64,000 nt of DNA from Pseudolabrys sp. GTDB lineage: Bacteria > Pseudomonadota > Alphaproteobacteria > Rhizobiales > Xanthobacteraceae. Of this stretch, positions 55,581 through 63,764 are shown one piece after another. The notes below the pieces were generated by a model. The model made no database searches, was not told the DNA's origin, and saw only the letters and a program-made list of their open reading frames with translations. The translations under genes and the position numbers were made by a program. How positions within the stretch are numbered: the first letter of the stretch is position 1; each line of letters opens with the position of its first letter. The DNA is taken from positions 10,997 to 74,996 of the forward strand of contig JBARNC010000052.1 in the NCBI GenBank assembly GCA_049802775.1, written 5' to 3'.

Positions 55581-55856
55581 ATGCCGCGCATCGATGCCGT
55601 CGCGGATGCGCTGACGTTGTCGGCGGGCGAGTGCTCCAACATTGGCTCCCGAGATACGACCGGTTCGATAAATCTTGCCAAAACTGCTCCGGCCATTGAG
55701 GCCGAGTGGCAGCGCTCCCTTGAGACCTTGAGAGCACGTTATCGTGATAATCCAAGTGATACTGCCGCGGCCATCGCATACGCCCGCGAATTGGGCGCGA
55801 CCGCGCTAACGACCCAGAATCTCAGAGGCCGTAACCAGGCATCCAGCCGGTCTTAG
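55581..55856 (+). pseudogene. Possible remnant of a tad-locus TPR (TadD-like) lipoprotein gene
   Basis: The 91-aa ORF has a degenerate lipobox-like LSAGEC followed by LRARYRDNPSDTAAAIAYARELGA, which resembles the first TPR of such proteins from memory. It runs 35 nt into the 3' end of the convergent cpaA. Weak call. Confidence 0.25.
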
Positions 55857-56328
55857 GATAAATGGCAAGTGCCGCCGCGGCGAGCGCTATGCCGTAGGGT
55901 ACGCCGGCTCCGGTTTCATGGAGGCGGAGAATCCAGGTCTGGCGGGCAAGGACCGCCGGCAAGGGTAGTTTGCGGAACTGGATTATCGCCAGCGTCAAGG
56001 CTCCGCCGAATAGAGACGCGTAAATCAGATAGTCGAGCAGATAGTCGAAACCGAACCACAATGCTGTCGCTACAACGAGCTTCGCATCGCCACCACCAAT
56101 CCAGCCTTGCGAGAAGAAAACAAATGCAATCACCAATACGACCGCAGCAGCCGCGAGGTGCATACCGAAGGCGTAAAGGCTCATTCCGGTGATTAGCGTG
56201 AGCAGGAAAAATCCGCCGGCGAGCGCCATCGACAATCGGTTGGAGATCGTCATGGTCAAGAGATCGCTTGATGCGGAAAAGGCCATCAGGGCAGGGAACA
56301 ACAAAAGCCTGATTACATCCGTTACCAT
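55822..56328 (-). CDS. cpaA: Prepilin peptidase CpaA (A24 family)
   Basis: MVTDVIRLLLFPALMAFSASSDLLTMTISN, with the second catalytic Asp in GGGDAKL. ATG 56328 was chosen; GTG 56346 is an alternative. Confidence 0.85.
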   Translation of the reverse strand: MVTDVIRLLLFPALMAFSASSDLLTMTISNRLSMALAGGFFLLTLITGMSLYAFGMHLAAAAVVLVIAFVFFSQGWIGGGDAKLVVATALWFGFDYLLDYLIYASLFGGALTLAIIQFRKLPLPAVLARQTWILRLHETGAGVPYGIALAAAALAIYPKTGWMPGYGL

Positions 56329-56418
56329 GACCACTCGCTCTTGCACGGCGGGGCTATTGCATGCTTGCCGTTCGGTTAGGGCCCGGGACCTTATATCTCT
56401 CCTAAAGCGCTGCGCGCC

Positions 56419-56448
56419 AAAATCGAAAAACTTCGGCGGCAGCCGAAG
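56419..56448 (-). terminator. Intrinsic terminator/attenuator immediately after the flp pilin gene
   Basis: On the minus strand, CTTCGGC-TGCC-GCCGAAG is followed by TTTTTCGATTTT, starting 8 nt after the pilin stop. Confidence 0.7.
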
Positions 56449-56455
56449 CCCTCAA

Positions 56456-56620
56456 TTATTTCAGTTGAGTGGAGATTGTGTTTAATTTGGCATTCACGTT
56501 GGTGCCGATACCGTTTACGACGGCCATAATCGCGATGGAAATACCGGCGGCGATAAGACCGTATTCGATCGCTGTGGCAGCCAAGTCATCCTTCACGAAG
56601 CGCACGAACAAGTTTTTCAT
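56456..56620 (-). CDS. Flp-family type IVb pilin (54 aa); not in the supplied ORF track
   Basis: Hand translation gives MKNLFVRFVKDDLAATAIEYGLIAAGISIAIMAVVNGIGTNVNAKLNTISTQLK. The Flp motif ATAIEYGLIAA is present and a GAGGA SD lies 6 nt upstream of the ATG. The gene sits directly upstream of cpaA. Confidence 0.85.
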   Translation of the reverse strand: MKNLFVRFVKDDLAATAIEYGLIAAGISIAIMAVVNGIGTNVNAKLNTISTQLK

Positions 56621-56933
56621 TGGATTTCCTCAGATCAACGCTCAGTTGTCTGGCCAGTATCAGTAGCAGTCGGGTGGTATGCAGATCGCTGTGATTTTGA
56701 GAACGTAAAGGATTACGTCTTGCGTGCAGGTTAATTTGATTGAAAACACAGAGAAATTGTTCTGTTTCTGAGGCCGATATTTATCTAAGCTAATAAATTA
56801 AGACTCAAAGAATCCGTTAAGAAATCGTTAATGTCTATATTGCCAGCGCTACTCGCAGTGGCCAGGCGTGAGCCCGCGCATCACCCCGCCGCTCTTGAAC
56901 GGCACGCCGTGCAGCTGGGGCACCGGCGTTTGC

Positions 56934-57395
56934 TTAACGTGCTTCGGCGATCGGCAACGCTGTCGTTGATTTGATCCGCTCCATCGCAAATCGCGAGGTG
57001 ACGTTCTTCAGCGGCACCGTCGCAATCAATTTCTTGTAGAATGCGTCGTAGCCCGCAATATCGGTTACGACCACGCGCAGCATGTAATCAACATCACCGG
57101 CCATTCGGTAGAATTCCATCACCTCAGGCATCGCACCAACTAGATCGGCAAAGCGTTTGAGCCAGTCCTGTGAGTGATCGCCGGTCTCGATCGAGACGAA
57201 CACGGTAATGCCGAGACCAACCTTTTCCGGGTCGATGATCGCCACCCGGCGCGTAATGACGCCGTCGGCCTCCAGCCGCTGCAATCGTTTCCAACAAGGC
57301 GTCGAGGACAGCCCGACACGTTGGCCGATCTCGGCCACCGAGAGCGCCGCGTCCTGCTGGACAACGGCAAGGATCTTCCGGTCGATAGCGTCCAT
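56934..57395 (-). CDS. lrp: Lrp/AsnC-family transcriptional regulator
   Basis: ORF of 153 aa: N-terminal HTH (DRKILAVVQQDAALSVAEIGQRVGLSSTPCWKRLQRLE) and a RAM domain. Confidence 0.92.
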   Translation of the reverse strand: MDAIDRKILAVVQQDAALSVAEIGQRVGLSSTPCWKRLQRLEADGVITRRVAIIDPEKVGLGITVFVSIETGDHSQDWLKRFADLVGAMPEVMEFYRMAGDVDYMLRVVVTDIAGYDAFYKKLIATVPLKNVTSRFAMERIKSTTALPIAEAR

Positions 57396-57563
57396 TCTCT
57401 CTTCGTCTCCAAATTTGGAACGAACAATCTTTTGCGGTTGGCTAAATTAGAATATTATTCTTATTTTGCGCCAATATCTGTCTTTACAGAGAAAAATATT
57501 CTATTTCAAGCACAATTTGTTGCCGCCAGGAGTAAGCGGCTTCCAAACAATGAAATCCGTGTC

Positions 57564-58547
57564 ATGAAAACATCATTCCGATTTAGTCCCGCCAATGCCG
57601 TGCGTCTCGGGGCCGCTGTGTTGCTCAGCGCCATGCTGGCCGGTTCGGTCGCAGGAGCGCATGCCGAGCCCCTGGTCACGGTGCAGTGGCTCAGCGCCCA
57701 TCATGCCGATCAGGATCTGGTCGTGCTCGACATACGGTCGGCGATCGATGGCGGTGGCGCACAAGCCTACGCGGCCGCGCACATCCCCGGCAGCGTTCAC
57801 AGCGATTACGACAAGGCTGGCTGGCGCGTCACCCGAAACAGTGTGCCCTTCATGGTCCCGACGACGCCCGAACTTGAAAAGCTGATCGGCGATCTTGGAA
57901 TCGATGAAGACAGTTACGTCGTGGTAGTGCCGGCGGGCGTGAATGTCCTCGATTTTGGTTCGGCCGCGCGCGCCTATTGGACAATGAAGTATGTCGGAGT
58001 AAAAAATGTCTCGATCCTCGACGGTGGTATTGCTGCCTGGCGGCAAGCCGGTCTGCCGTTTGAGAGCGGGGTAAAGCCGCCATCGCCGAAGATTTTCACG
58101 GCAACTGTCGACAAGAGGATCTTGGCAGATGCCGGCGATGTTGAGATAATCGAAAATAAAGGCGGCGCCACGCTCGTCGACGCGCGGCCTGGGTCATTCT
58201 TCTTCGGCAAAGAGAAAGCGCCGGCCTCCCAGGCTTATGGCCACATTCCGAGTGCGTTGAATATCGACAGTGCGGAATTCTATGACTCGAAAACCAACCG
58301 GCTGAAACCGAAGGCGGAGCTCGCGACGGTTGCGAACGCTGTGCCCGCGGGACCCGCGGTGAGCTATTGCAACACAGGCCATTGGGCTTCGACCGACTGG
58401 TTCGTGCTGCACGAGCTGCTTGGTCGGAAAGAAACCAGGCTCTATGCCGGCTCGATGGTCGAATGGACTAGCAATTCAAACCGACCGATTGAATCCTCGC
58501 GCACGAAATGGGACGATCTAAAAAAGGCCCTCGGCCTCGGTTCCTGA
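57564..58547 (+). CDS. Periplasmic tandem-rhodanese thiosulfate sulfurtransferase
   Basis: The start was reset to ATG 57564 (MKTSFRFSPANAVRLGAAVLLSAMLAGSVAGAHA, signal peptide). Two rhodanese domains, with the active-site loop CNTGHWAS. Confidence 0.88.
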   Translation: MKTSFRFSPANAVRLGAAVLLSAMLAGSVAGAHAEPLVTVQWLSAHHADQDLVVLDIRSAIDGGGAQAYAAAHIPGSVHSDYDKAGWRVTRNSVPFMVPTTPELEKLIGDLGIDEDSYVVVVPAGVNVLDFGSAARAYWTMKYVGVKNVSILDGGIAAWRQAGLPFESGVKPPSPKIFTATVDKRILADAGDVEIIENKGGATLVDARPGSFFFGKEKAPASQAYGHIPSALNIDSAEFYDSKTNRLKPKAELATVANAVPAGPAVSYCNTGHWASTDWFVLHELLGRKETRLYAGSMVEWTSNSNRPIESSRTKWDDLKKALGLGS

Positions 58548-58566
58548 TCCGCGCTCTGGAGTCTTC

Positions 58567-59715
58567 ATGTCTATGGCAAGCTTGGCCGCGTCCGAAAAGG
58601 GCGCGGCCGTTCGCATCGATCGTCTTTTCCTTGGCCTCGCGCTGGCCTCTACGGCAATTCTGATCGCGCTAGTGCTGCTTGATCATCAGCCGGCATCGGC
58701 GGCGTTGATCCTCGGCGGCTTCGGTCTCGGCATCGCGTTTTTGAAAGCCGAATTTAGCTACACCGCGTCCTGGCGGCACTTTCTCACGCGCGGGGAGGCG
58801 GGCGGTCTGCTCAGCGGACTCATCGTGATCGCGATCTGCGCGCTCGCGGTGGTGCCAGTGGCCGCGTTGGCCCCGAAATTTGGTGGGGCTATCGCGCCCC
58901 TCGGACCTTCGCTGATAATCGGCGCTTTCGTTTTCGGCATTGGCATGCAGCTCGCAAATGGCTGCGGCTCCGGCACGCTCTACACTGTCGGTGGGGGCTC
59001 GGGTCGCATGCTGATCGCGTTGTTGTTCTTCATCATCGGCAGTGTATTTGGCAGTCTATCGCTGCCGGCATTTCTTTCCCTCGGCGGCGTAGATCCGGTG
59101 TTGGCATCAGGCTATCTCGGCGCCTGGGGCGGGCTGGCGGCTACGCTTGTCAGCATCGCCATTGCGGCTGCGCTCATTATTGCGGTCGCGAGGCACCGCG
59201 ACGCCAGTTTCGTGCCGTCACGTAACTATGTGATCGGTGGAGGAGCCATAGGACTGCTGTGCATTGCTGTATTCTTCGCGGGCGGTCATCCCTGGAGCGT
59301 AACCTTTGGCTACACGGTCTGGGGCGCGAAAGCCGCGACAGCGCTCGGATTTGACCTGTCGCATTCTGCCTTTTGGCAATGGCCAGGGCCAAAGCATGCG
59401 CTTGCCGAATCCGTATTATCGGATACGTCCAGCCTTACTGATTTTGGGATGCTGTTTGGCGCTATGGCGGCAGCGGCAGCCAGCAAACCGTTCGCCACAG
59501 CTGCATGGCCACCTATGAAGTCACTGTTGGCGGCCGGTATTGGCGGCTTACTGATGGGGTGGGGAGCGCGGCTCGGTTTCGGCTGCAACATTGGCGCTTT
59601 CGTCGGTGGCGTTGCGTCCGGATCGCTGCATGGCTGGGTCTGGTTCCTCGCCGCTCTGCCCGGCTGCCTGATAGGCATCCGCCTACGGCCCGTGTTCGGC
59701 CTCTCGGGGGAGTAA
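58567..59715 (+). CDS. yeeE: YeeE/YedE-family sulfur (thiosulfate) transporter
   Basis: ORF of 382 aa, polytopic, with two conserved Cys loops (LANGCGSGTLY, GFGCNIGAF). GGAG lies 5 nt upstream of the ATG. Confidence 0.88.
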   Translation: MSMASLAASEKGAAVRIDRLFLGLALASTAILIALVLLDHQPASAALILGGFGLGIAFLKAEFSYTASWRHFLTRGEAGGLLSGLIVIAICALAVVPVAALAPKFGGAIAPLGPSLIIGAFVFGIGMQLANGCGSGTLYTVGGGSGRMLIALLFFIIGSVFGSLSLPAFLSLGGVDPVLASGYLGAWGGLAATLVSIAIAAALIIAVARHRDASFVPSRNYVIGGGAIGLLCIAVFFAGGHPWSVTFGYTVWGAKAATALGFDLSHSAFWQWPGPKHALAESVLSDTSSLTDFGMLFGAMAAAAASKPFATAAWPPMKSLLAAGIGGLLMGWGARLGFGCNIGAFVGGVASGSLHGWVWFLAALPGCLIGIRLRPVFGLSGE

Positions 59716-59720
59716 CAATC

Positions 59721-59873
59721 ATGCGTTCGGTATATGTCATCGCTGTTCTGCTTGGCGTCGCAGGCATTCTCGTCGACCACTTGTCGAGCCCGTCGAGCGG
59801 CCGCGCCGTGTCACCGGAAGATTTTGCCGGTGCCTGCGCGCCTTGTGGCGCGCCTTGTCCATCGAAGAAATAG
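59721..59873 (+). CDS. Hypothetical 50-aa single-TM protein with a C-terminal CAPCGAPC motif (uncertain)
   Basis: The ATG is 5 nt after the yeeE stop and is preceded by GGGGGAG. Sequence MRSVYVIAVLLGVAGILVDHLSSPSSGRAVSPEDFAGACAPCGAPCPSKK. The Cys motif coincides with a GC hairpin (59836..59853), so it may be non-coding. Confidence 0.3.
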   Translation: MRSVYVIAVLLGVAGILVDHLSSPSSGRAVSPEDFAGACAPCGAPCPSKK

Positions 59874-59878
59874 GCTGC

Positions 59879-60802
59879 TCAGCCGGTCTGCTTCAGAAAC
59901 GCCTCGACTTCGGCACGCGTCGGAACGCCCGAGGCGCCGCCAAATTTCGTGCATTTGAGCGCGGCGGTGGCACTGGCAAAGCGCAGCATATCGAGAAGCG
60001 CGCGCCCTTCCGCAAGACTCAGCGTGAAGCCGCCATGGAAGGCGTCTCCGGCGCCCAGCGAGTCGATCACCCTGACCTTGAAGGCGGGCAAGTGGCGCAG
60101 CTCACCGCCTTCGAGCCAGTAAACCCCTTTTGGACCGTCTGTAATCGCGACAAAGCCGGAAAGATGCTCGGCGAGCCTCTCAAGGGCACCTTTATAATCC
60201 TGTAGTCCGGTCGTTCCGAATAATGCTTCCGCCGATGCCACTACGTGGGTGCCGAGCGCGAGCAAAGGATCGTCCACTCTCGTGGCCTGATCGAGATCGA
60301 TGACGATTGGAATTTTGCGTGCCTGCGCGGCACGACACACTTCGGTCACGAATTCCGGAAAGCGGTTATCCACGAGAACGGCGTCAGCATACGCGAGCAG
60401 CTTGGCAGGATCATTTGGCAGGACTTCGCCCAGATTGACGCCGCGGCGGGTAGCGATGGTTTTTTCGCCGGTTGCGTCGAGCAAAATTAACGACACCGAC
60501 GCTGTGCCCCCATCGACGCGCGCAACTCCGCTGCAATCTATGCCCTCCTCGGCGAGGTTAGACAGGATGCGGTTGCTCACGGCATCCCCCGACCCGCCGA
60601 GGGGCCCGGCGAAGGCCGCTTGGCCACCGAGCCGCGCGATAGCTACCGCCGCATTGGCGGCGCATCCACCGCCGGTGATGATGAATTTGCTTGCAGATAC
60701 TTTGGTGCCGGGGGCAGGGAAGCTTTGCACGCGCATGACGATGTCCTGCACGGCGATGCCGGCGCAGAGAATCTTTGGTTCTTGCGGCGTTCGCTCAATC
60801 AA
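59879..60802 (-). CDS. PfkB-family sugar/nucleoside kinase
   Basis: TTG 60802 was chosen (MIERTPQEPKILCAGIAVQDIV...) to retain the conserved N-terminus. Motif DSLGAGDAFHGG. There is an 8-nt overlap with the nudC end. Confidence 0.85.
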   Translation of the reverse strand: MIERTPQEPKILCAGIAVQDIVMRVQSFPAPGTKVSASKFIITGGGCAANAAVAIARLGGQAAFAGPLGGSGDAVSNRILSNLAEEGIDCSGVARVDGGTASVSLILLDATGEKTIATRRGVNLGEVLPNDPAKLLAYADAVLVDNRFPEFVTEVCRAAQARKIPIVIDLDQATRVDDPLLALGTHVVASAEALFGTTGLQDYKGALERLAEHLSGFVAITDGPKGVYWLEGGELRHLPAFKVRVIDSLGAGDAFHGGFTLSLAEGRALLDMLRFASATAALKCTKFGGASGVPTRAEVEAFLKQTG

Positions 60803-61745
60803 AGCTGATCTCGTCCTCCACCCAGGCGCGGATGATGTGATGTGCGATCGCCACGGGCGGTGGTGTTGTGAGTCCTTGCGGATGTTTACGCGTAAGCATC
60901 GTCTCAATCTCGCCCTTGCTAAACCAGCGGGCGTCTTCGAGTTCCTCGCGATCGACCATAATCTCGTGCGTCAGTGCTTCGGCGTGACAGCCGATCATCA
61001 ACGACGTCGGAAACGGCCAGGGCTGCGAGGCAAAATAGACCACGCGTCCGCAAGTAATGCCGGCCTCCTCGCGCGTTTCCCGATGTACGGCGTCCTCGAT
61101 CGATTCACCGGGTTCCACATAGCCAGCGAGGCAGGACCACATCGTCGGTACAAAACGCGGCGAACGTCCGAGCAAGCAACGCTCGCGGTCGCTCGCCAGC
61201 ATGATCACCACAGGATCGGTGCGAGGAAAGTGCTCGGCCTGGCATTGCGGGCAGTCGCGCCGCCATCCCCCAGATACAAGGCGCGTTGCGGCGCCGCAGT
61301 TCGGGCAAAAGCGGTGGCGCGTGTGCCAGTGCAGCACGGCCTTGGCTTCGGCGATCGGCGGCAGGTGATCGGGAGCGACGAGGCCCTGTACTGCAATTGA
61401 GCGCAGATCGGTCACGTGCAGGTCGTCGCGCGCTTTTAGTGCGTCCACTGCTTGCGGTGTGAGGCCATGACCGAACCGCGGTGTTCCATCGAGCAGGCCA
61501 AGGAAAACTGCTTCGGTCGCAGGTGATAGCGCTTGCGCTTCGCTCAGCGTGAACAGTGGCTCATTGAGCGGCGAGCCTTTTTTCAACACGACCCAGTCGC
61601 CGCCGATGACATAGGCTCCTGCGCCCGGATCGCGTGTCAGCGCGGCAATGGCAGCGGCATCGGCGCGATGCTCTGCGGCGCGGTCGATGCGACTGTCGGA
61701 ATATCCGAGACGGGGCTTGGGACCGAAATCTGGACGAGAAGACAT
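60795..61745 (-). CDS. nudC: NAD(+) diphosphatase (NADH pyrophosphatase) NudC
   Basis: Zinc ribbon CPNCGAATRLVSGGWRRDCPQC and Nudix box GYVEPGESIEDAVHRETREEAG. The start is ATG 61745 or 61775. Confidence 0.85.
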   Translation of the reverse strand: MSSRPDFGPKPRLGYSDSRIDRAAEHRADAAAIAALTRDPGAGAYVIGGDWVVLKKGSPLNEPLFTLSEAQALSPATEAVFLGLLDGTPRFGHGLTPQAVDALKARDDLHVTDLRSIAVQGLVAPDHLPPIAEAKAVLHWHTRHRFCPNCGAATRLVSGGWRRDCPQCQAEHFPRTDPVVIMLASDRERCLLGRSPRFVPTMWSCLAGYVEPGESIEDAVHRETREEAGITCGRVVYFASQPWPFPTSLMIGCHAEALTHEIMVDREELEDARWFSKGEIETMLTRKHPQGLTTPPPVAIAHHIIRAWVEDEISFD

Positions 61746-61786
61746 GCGTCGCGCAAATTCGCACGACCATTTCATCTGTGCAATGC

Positions 61787-62638
61787 TTACTCCGTTGCTT
61801 CGCCTCGCGGGTACATGACCTCGCGAAGTTCTGGCCGCTGCCACTGCGGGCCGAGTACGCCCTGCTTTGCGCCATAATTGAGCGCCGAAGTGACGGTATC
61901 AGCAGTCGTCCGCATTTCCCGTGCGCGGTCGAGACTCACATCGACCATGAACAAGCCCGCGGCGGTGCTCTCGAACAGGATTTCTTCTGGTGTTGCGACC
62001 ATGGCAAGGCCGCGTTCGGCGTGGCTGAACAGGTTCTGCGTGGTTACAACGATGGCAAGGTTTTCGATCGCGCGCGACCAGATCAGATTGCGCCAGGTTG
62101 CCCACAGCAGCCGCTTGTCGGTGCCGGCCGGCATGAAGATCAACTCAGCGCCGCGCAGCGCCAGCGCGCGCGTCACTTCGGGCATGTAGGCCTCGCTGCA
62201 CATAGCAAGGCCTACCTTGCCATGCTGCGTGTCAAACACGGGGAATTCTTTGCCCGGCACGTATTGGAATTCCCACCACTGACCGCCGGTATAGATCCAG
62301 GGCCCGTTCGGGTGCGTGCGGCGATACATAACCGGTGCCCGGCCATCGCCATAGGCCATGCAGATCAAATTGTGCGCGGTCCCTTCGTTGTGGCTGATCG
62401 GCTCGATGGTCCCGTAGACCGCATTGATGCCGTGCTTGGCGGCGGCCTCCGCGATGCGCGGCGTCGGATCGAAATTGGCGGGCATGCGCCATGGACCAGG
62501 GTAGGTCTCCGGAAAACAGACGAAGTCGGCCCCTTCCGCTTTGGCGCGGGCGACGAAATTCACCGCATCGGCAACATTTTTTTCGGCCTCCCCAATCGGA
62601 TTGGCGATTGGCTGCACGACCGCAATACGGAATGTCAT
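61787..62638 (-). CDS. Carbon-nitrogen hydrolase (nitrilase superfamily) protein
   Basis: ORF of 283 aa with the catalytic Glu in CFPE and Cys in LAMCSE. Confidence 0.88.
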   Translation of the reverse strand: MTFRIAVVQPIANPIGEAEKNVADAVNFVARAKAEGADFVCFPETYPGPWRMPANFDPTPRIAEAAAKHGINAVYGTIEPISHNEGTAHNLICMAYGDGRAPVMYRRTHPNGPWIYTGGQWWEFQYVPGKEFPVFDTQHGKVGLAMCSEAYMPEVTRALALRGAELIFMPAGTDKRLLWATWRNLIWSRAIENLAIVVTTQNLFSHAERGLAMVATPEEILFESTAAGLFMVDVSLDRAREMRTTADTVTSALNYGAKQGVLGPQWQRPELREVMYPRGEATE

Positions 62639-62697
62639 GCGTTACTCCAAATAGTATCCAAGCGTCGGCGCGAGCTTGAAATGGACAGATGATGCGG

Positions 62698-63741
62698 TCA
62701 AGCGAGGGCCTGGTCGATGGCTGCCAGCACCTGCGTGGGCATCAATTCGTCGAGGCACGCGCTGCGGCTGCCGATATGGCGCTCGCATCCTTCGAAGGTG
62801 CAGGGCATGCAAGGCAAAGGATTTTGCACAATCCAGACATTACCGCGATTCTGGATCGTACGGCTGGCCGCCCAAGGTGTTGCAAGTCCGCCGACCGGCC
62901 AGGGTCCCCAGACACGTGGATCGGTGGGGCCAAACAGGGCGACGGTCCGGCATCCGGCGGCGGCGGCAAGGTGAGTTACGGATGTGTCGGGTCCGAGGTA
63001 GACGCGCGCCCTTGTGAGCAAACTCATCATCTCCGACCATTCCACTTGATGAACAGTAGCGACGCCGCGCCAGACGTCCTCGAGATAGCGGCGTTCGGCT
63101 TCGCCCGGGCCGCCGACCGCGATCACAGAGAGACCGCGCTCGGTGAGGCCGGCGGCGACCGCGCGCCATCCATCCTGCGTCCATTCCTTGTAGGCAAACA
63201 TTGGCGCTGCGTGGATAAGAGCATAGTTACCGCTTTCGACAATGTTGGATGCCGGTGCGGAAACGGGGCAAACCAATTCCGGAACGCTCGCGATTTCGAG
63301 AACGTCGGCAAGGCGCAGCATTTGCTCGACACGATGGAGCTTGTCCGCGGCCGCAGCGCTTCGGTGCAACGCGATGCGCTTTAGCGTGCGCGCGAGCCAG
63401 GGATCATCGTTGGTTATCACCCCGACACGTAGCCGAGCGGCGGCAAAAGCAAAAACGGTAGGGCGATCGCCGCTCTGAGTCGAAACCGCGATGTCGTAGC
63501 GCCGCCAGAGTTGCGCAAAAAGGCGCGCGCTCTCTGCTATCGTCGGTCGCTGCGGCATGGCAATCACGCGATTGATGTCTGGGTTGCCAGCGAGGATTCC
63601 CGCGGTATTTGCAAACACAAGGACATCGATTTCCGAACCCGGCCAGGCGCGGCGCAAACTACGGATCAATGGCGTCGTTAGCAGCAGATCGCCAATGCGA
63701 CGCAGAGAGATGACGAGGATGCTGGAGGGCACAGCGGCCAT
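62698..63741 (-). CDS. Glycosyltransferase family 9 (LPS heptosyltransferase-like)
   Basis: ORF of 347 aa: ILVISLRRIGDLLLTTP and LGPDTSVTHLAAAAG, both typical of GT9. Confidence 0.88.
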   Translation of the reverse strand: MAAVPSSILVISLRRIGDLLLTTPLIRSLRRAWPGSEIDVLVFANTAGILAGNPDINRVIAMPQRPTIAESARLFAQLWRRYDIAVSTQSGDRPTVFAFAAARLRVGVITNDDPWLARTLKRIALHRSAAAADKLHRVEQMLRLADVLEIASVPELVCPVSAPASNIVESGNYALIHAAPMFAYKEWTQDGWRAVAAGLTERGLSVIAVGGPGEAERRYLEDVWRGVATVHQVEWSEMMSLLTRARVYLGPDTSVTHLAAAAGCRTVALFGPTDPRVWGPWPVGGLATPWAASRTIQNRGNVWIVQNPLPCMPCTFEGCERHIGSRSACLDELMPTQVLAAIDQALA

Positions 63742-63764
63742 GATGATTTTTCGCAGAACCGAAG

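Noticed and set aside
56469-56666. 65-aa plus-strand ORF
   Set aside because: It is the antisense of the flp pilin gene. The minus-strand reading gives a textbook Flp motif with an SD and a terminator.
60300-62692. Two long plus-strand ORFs (60300..61400, 366 aa; 61634..62692, 352 aa)
   Set aside because: They are antisense to the well-supported pfkB, nudC and nitrilase-family genes, with the same compositional signature and no domain-like sequence.
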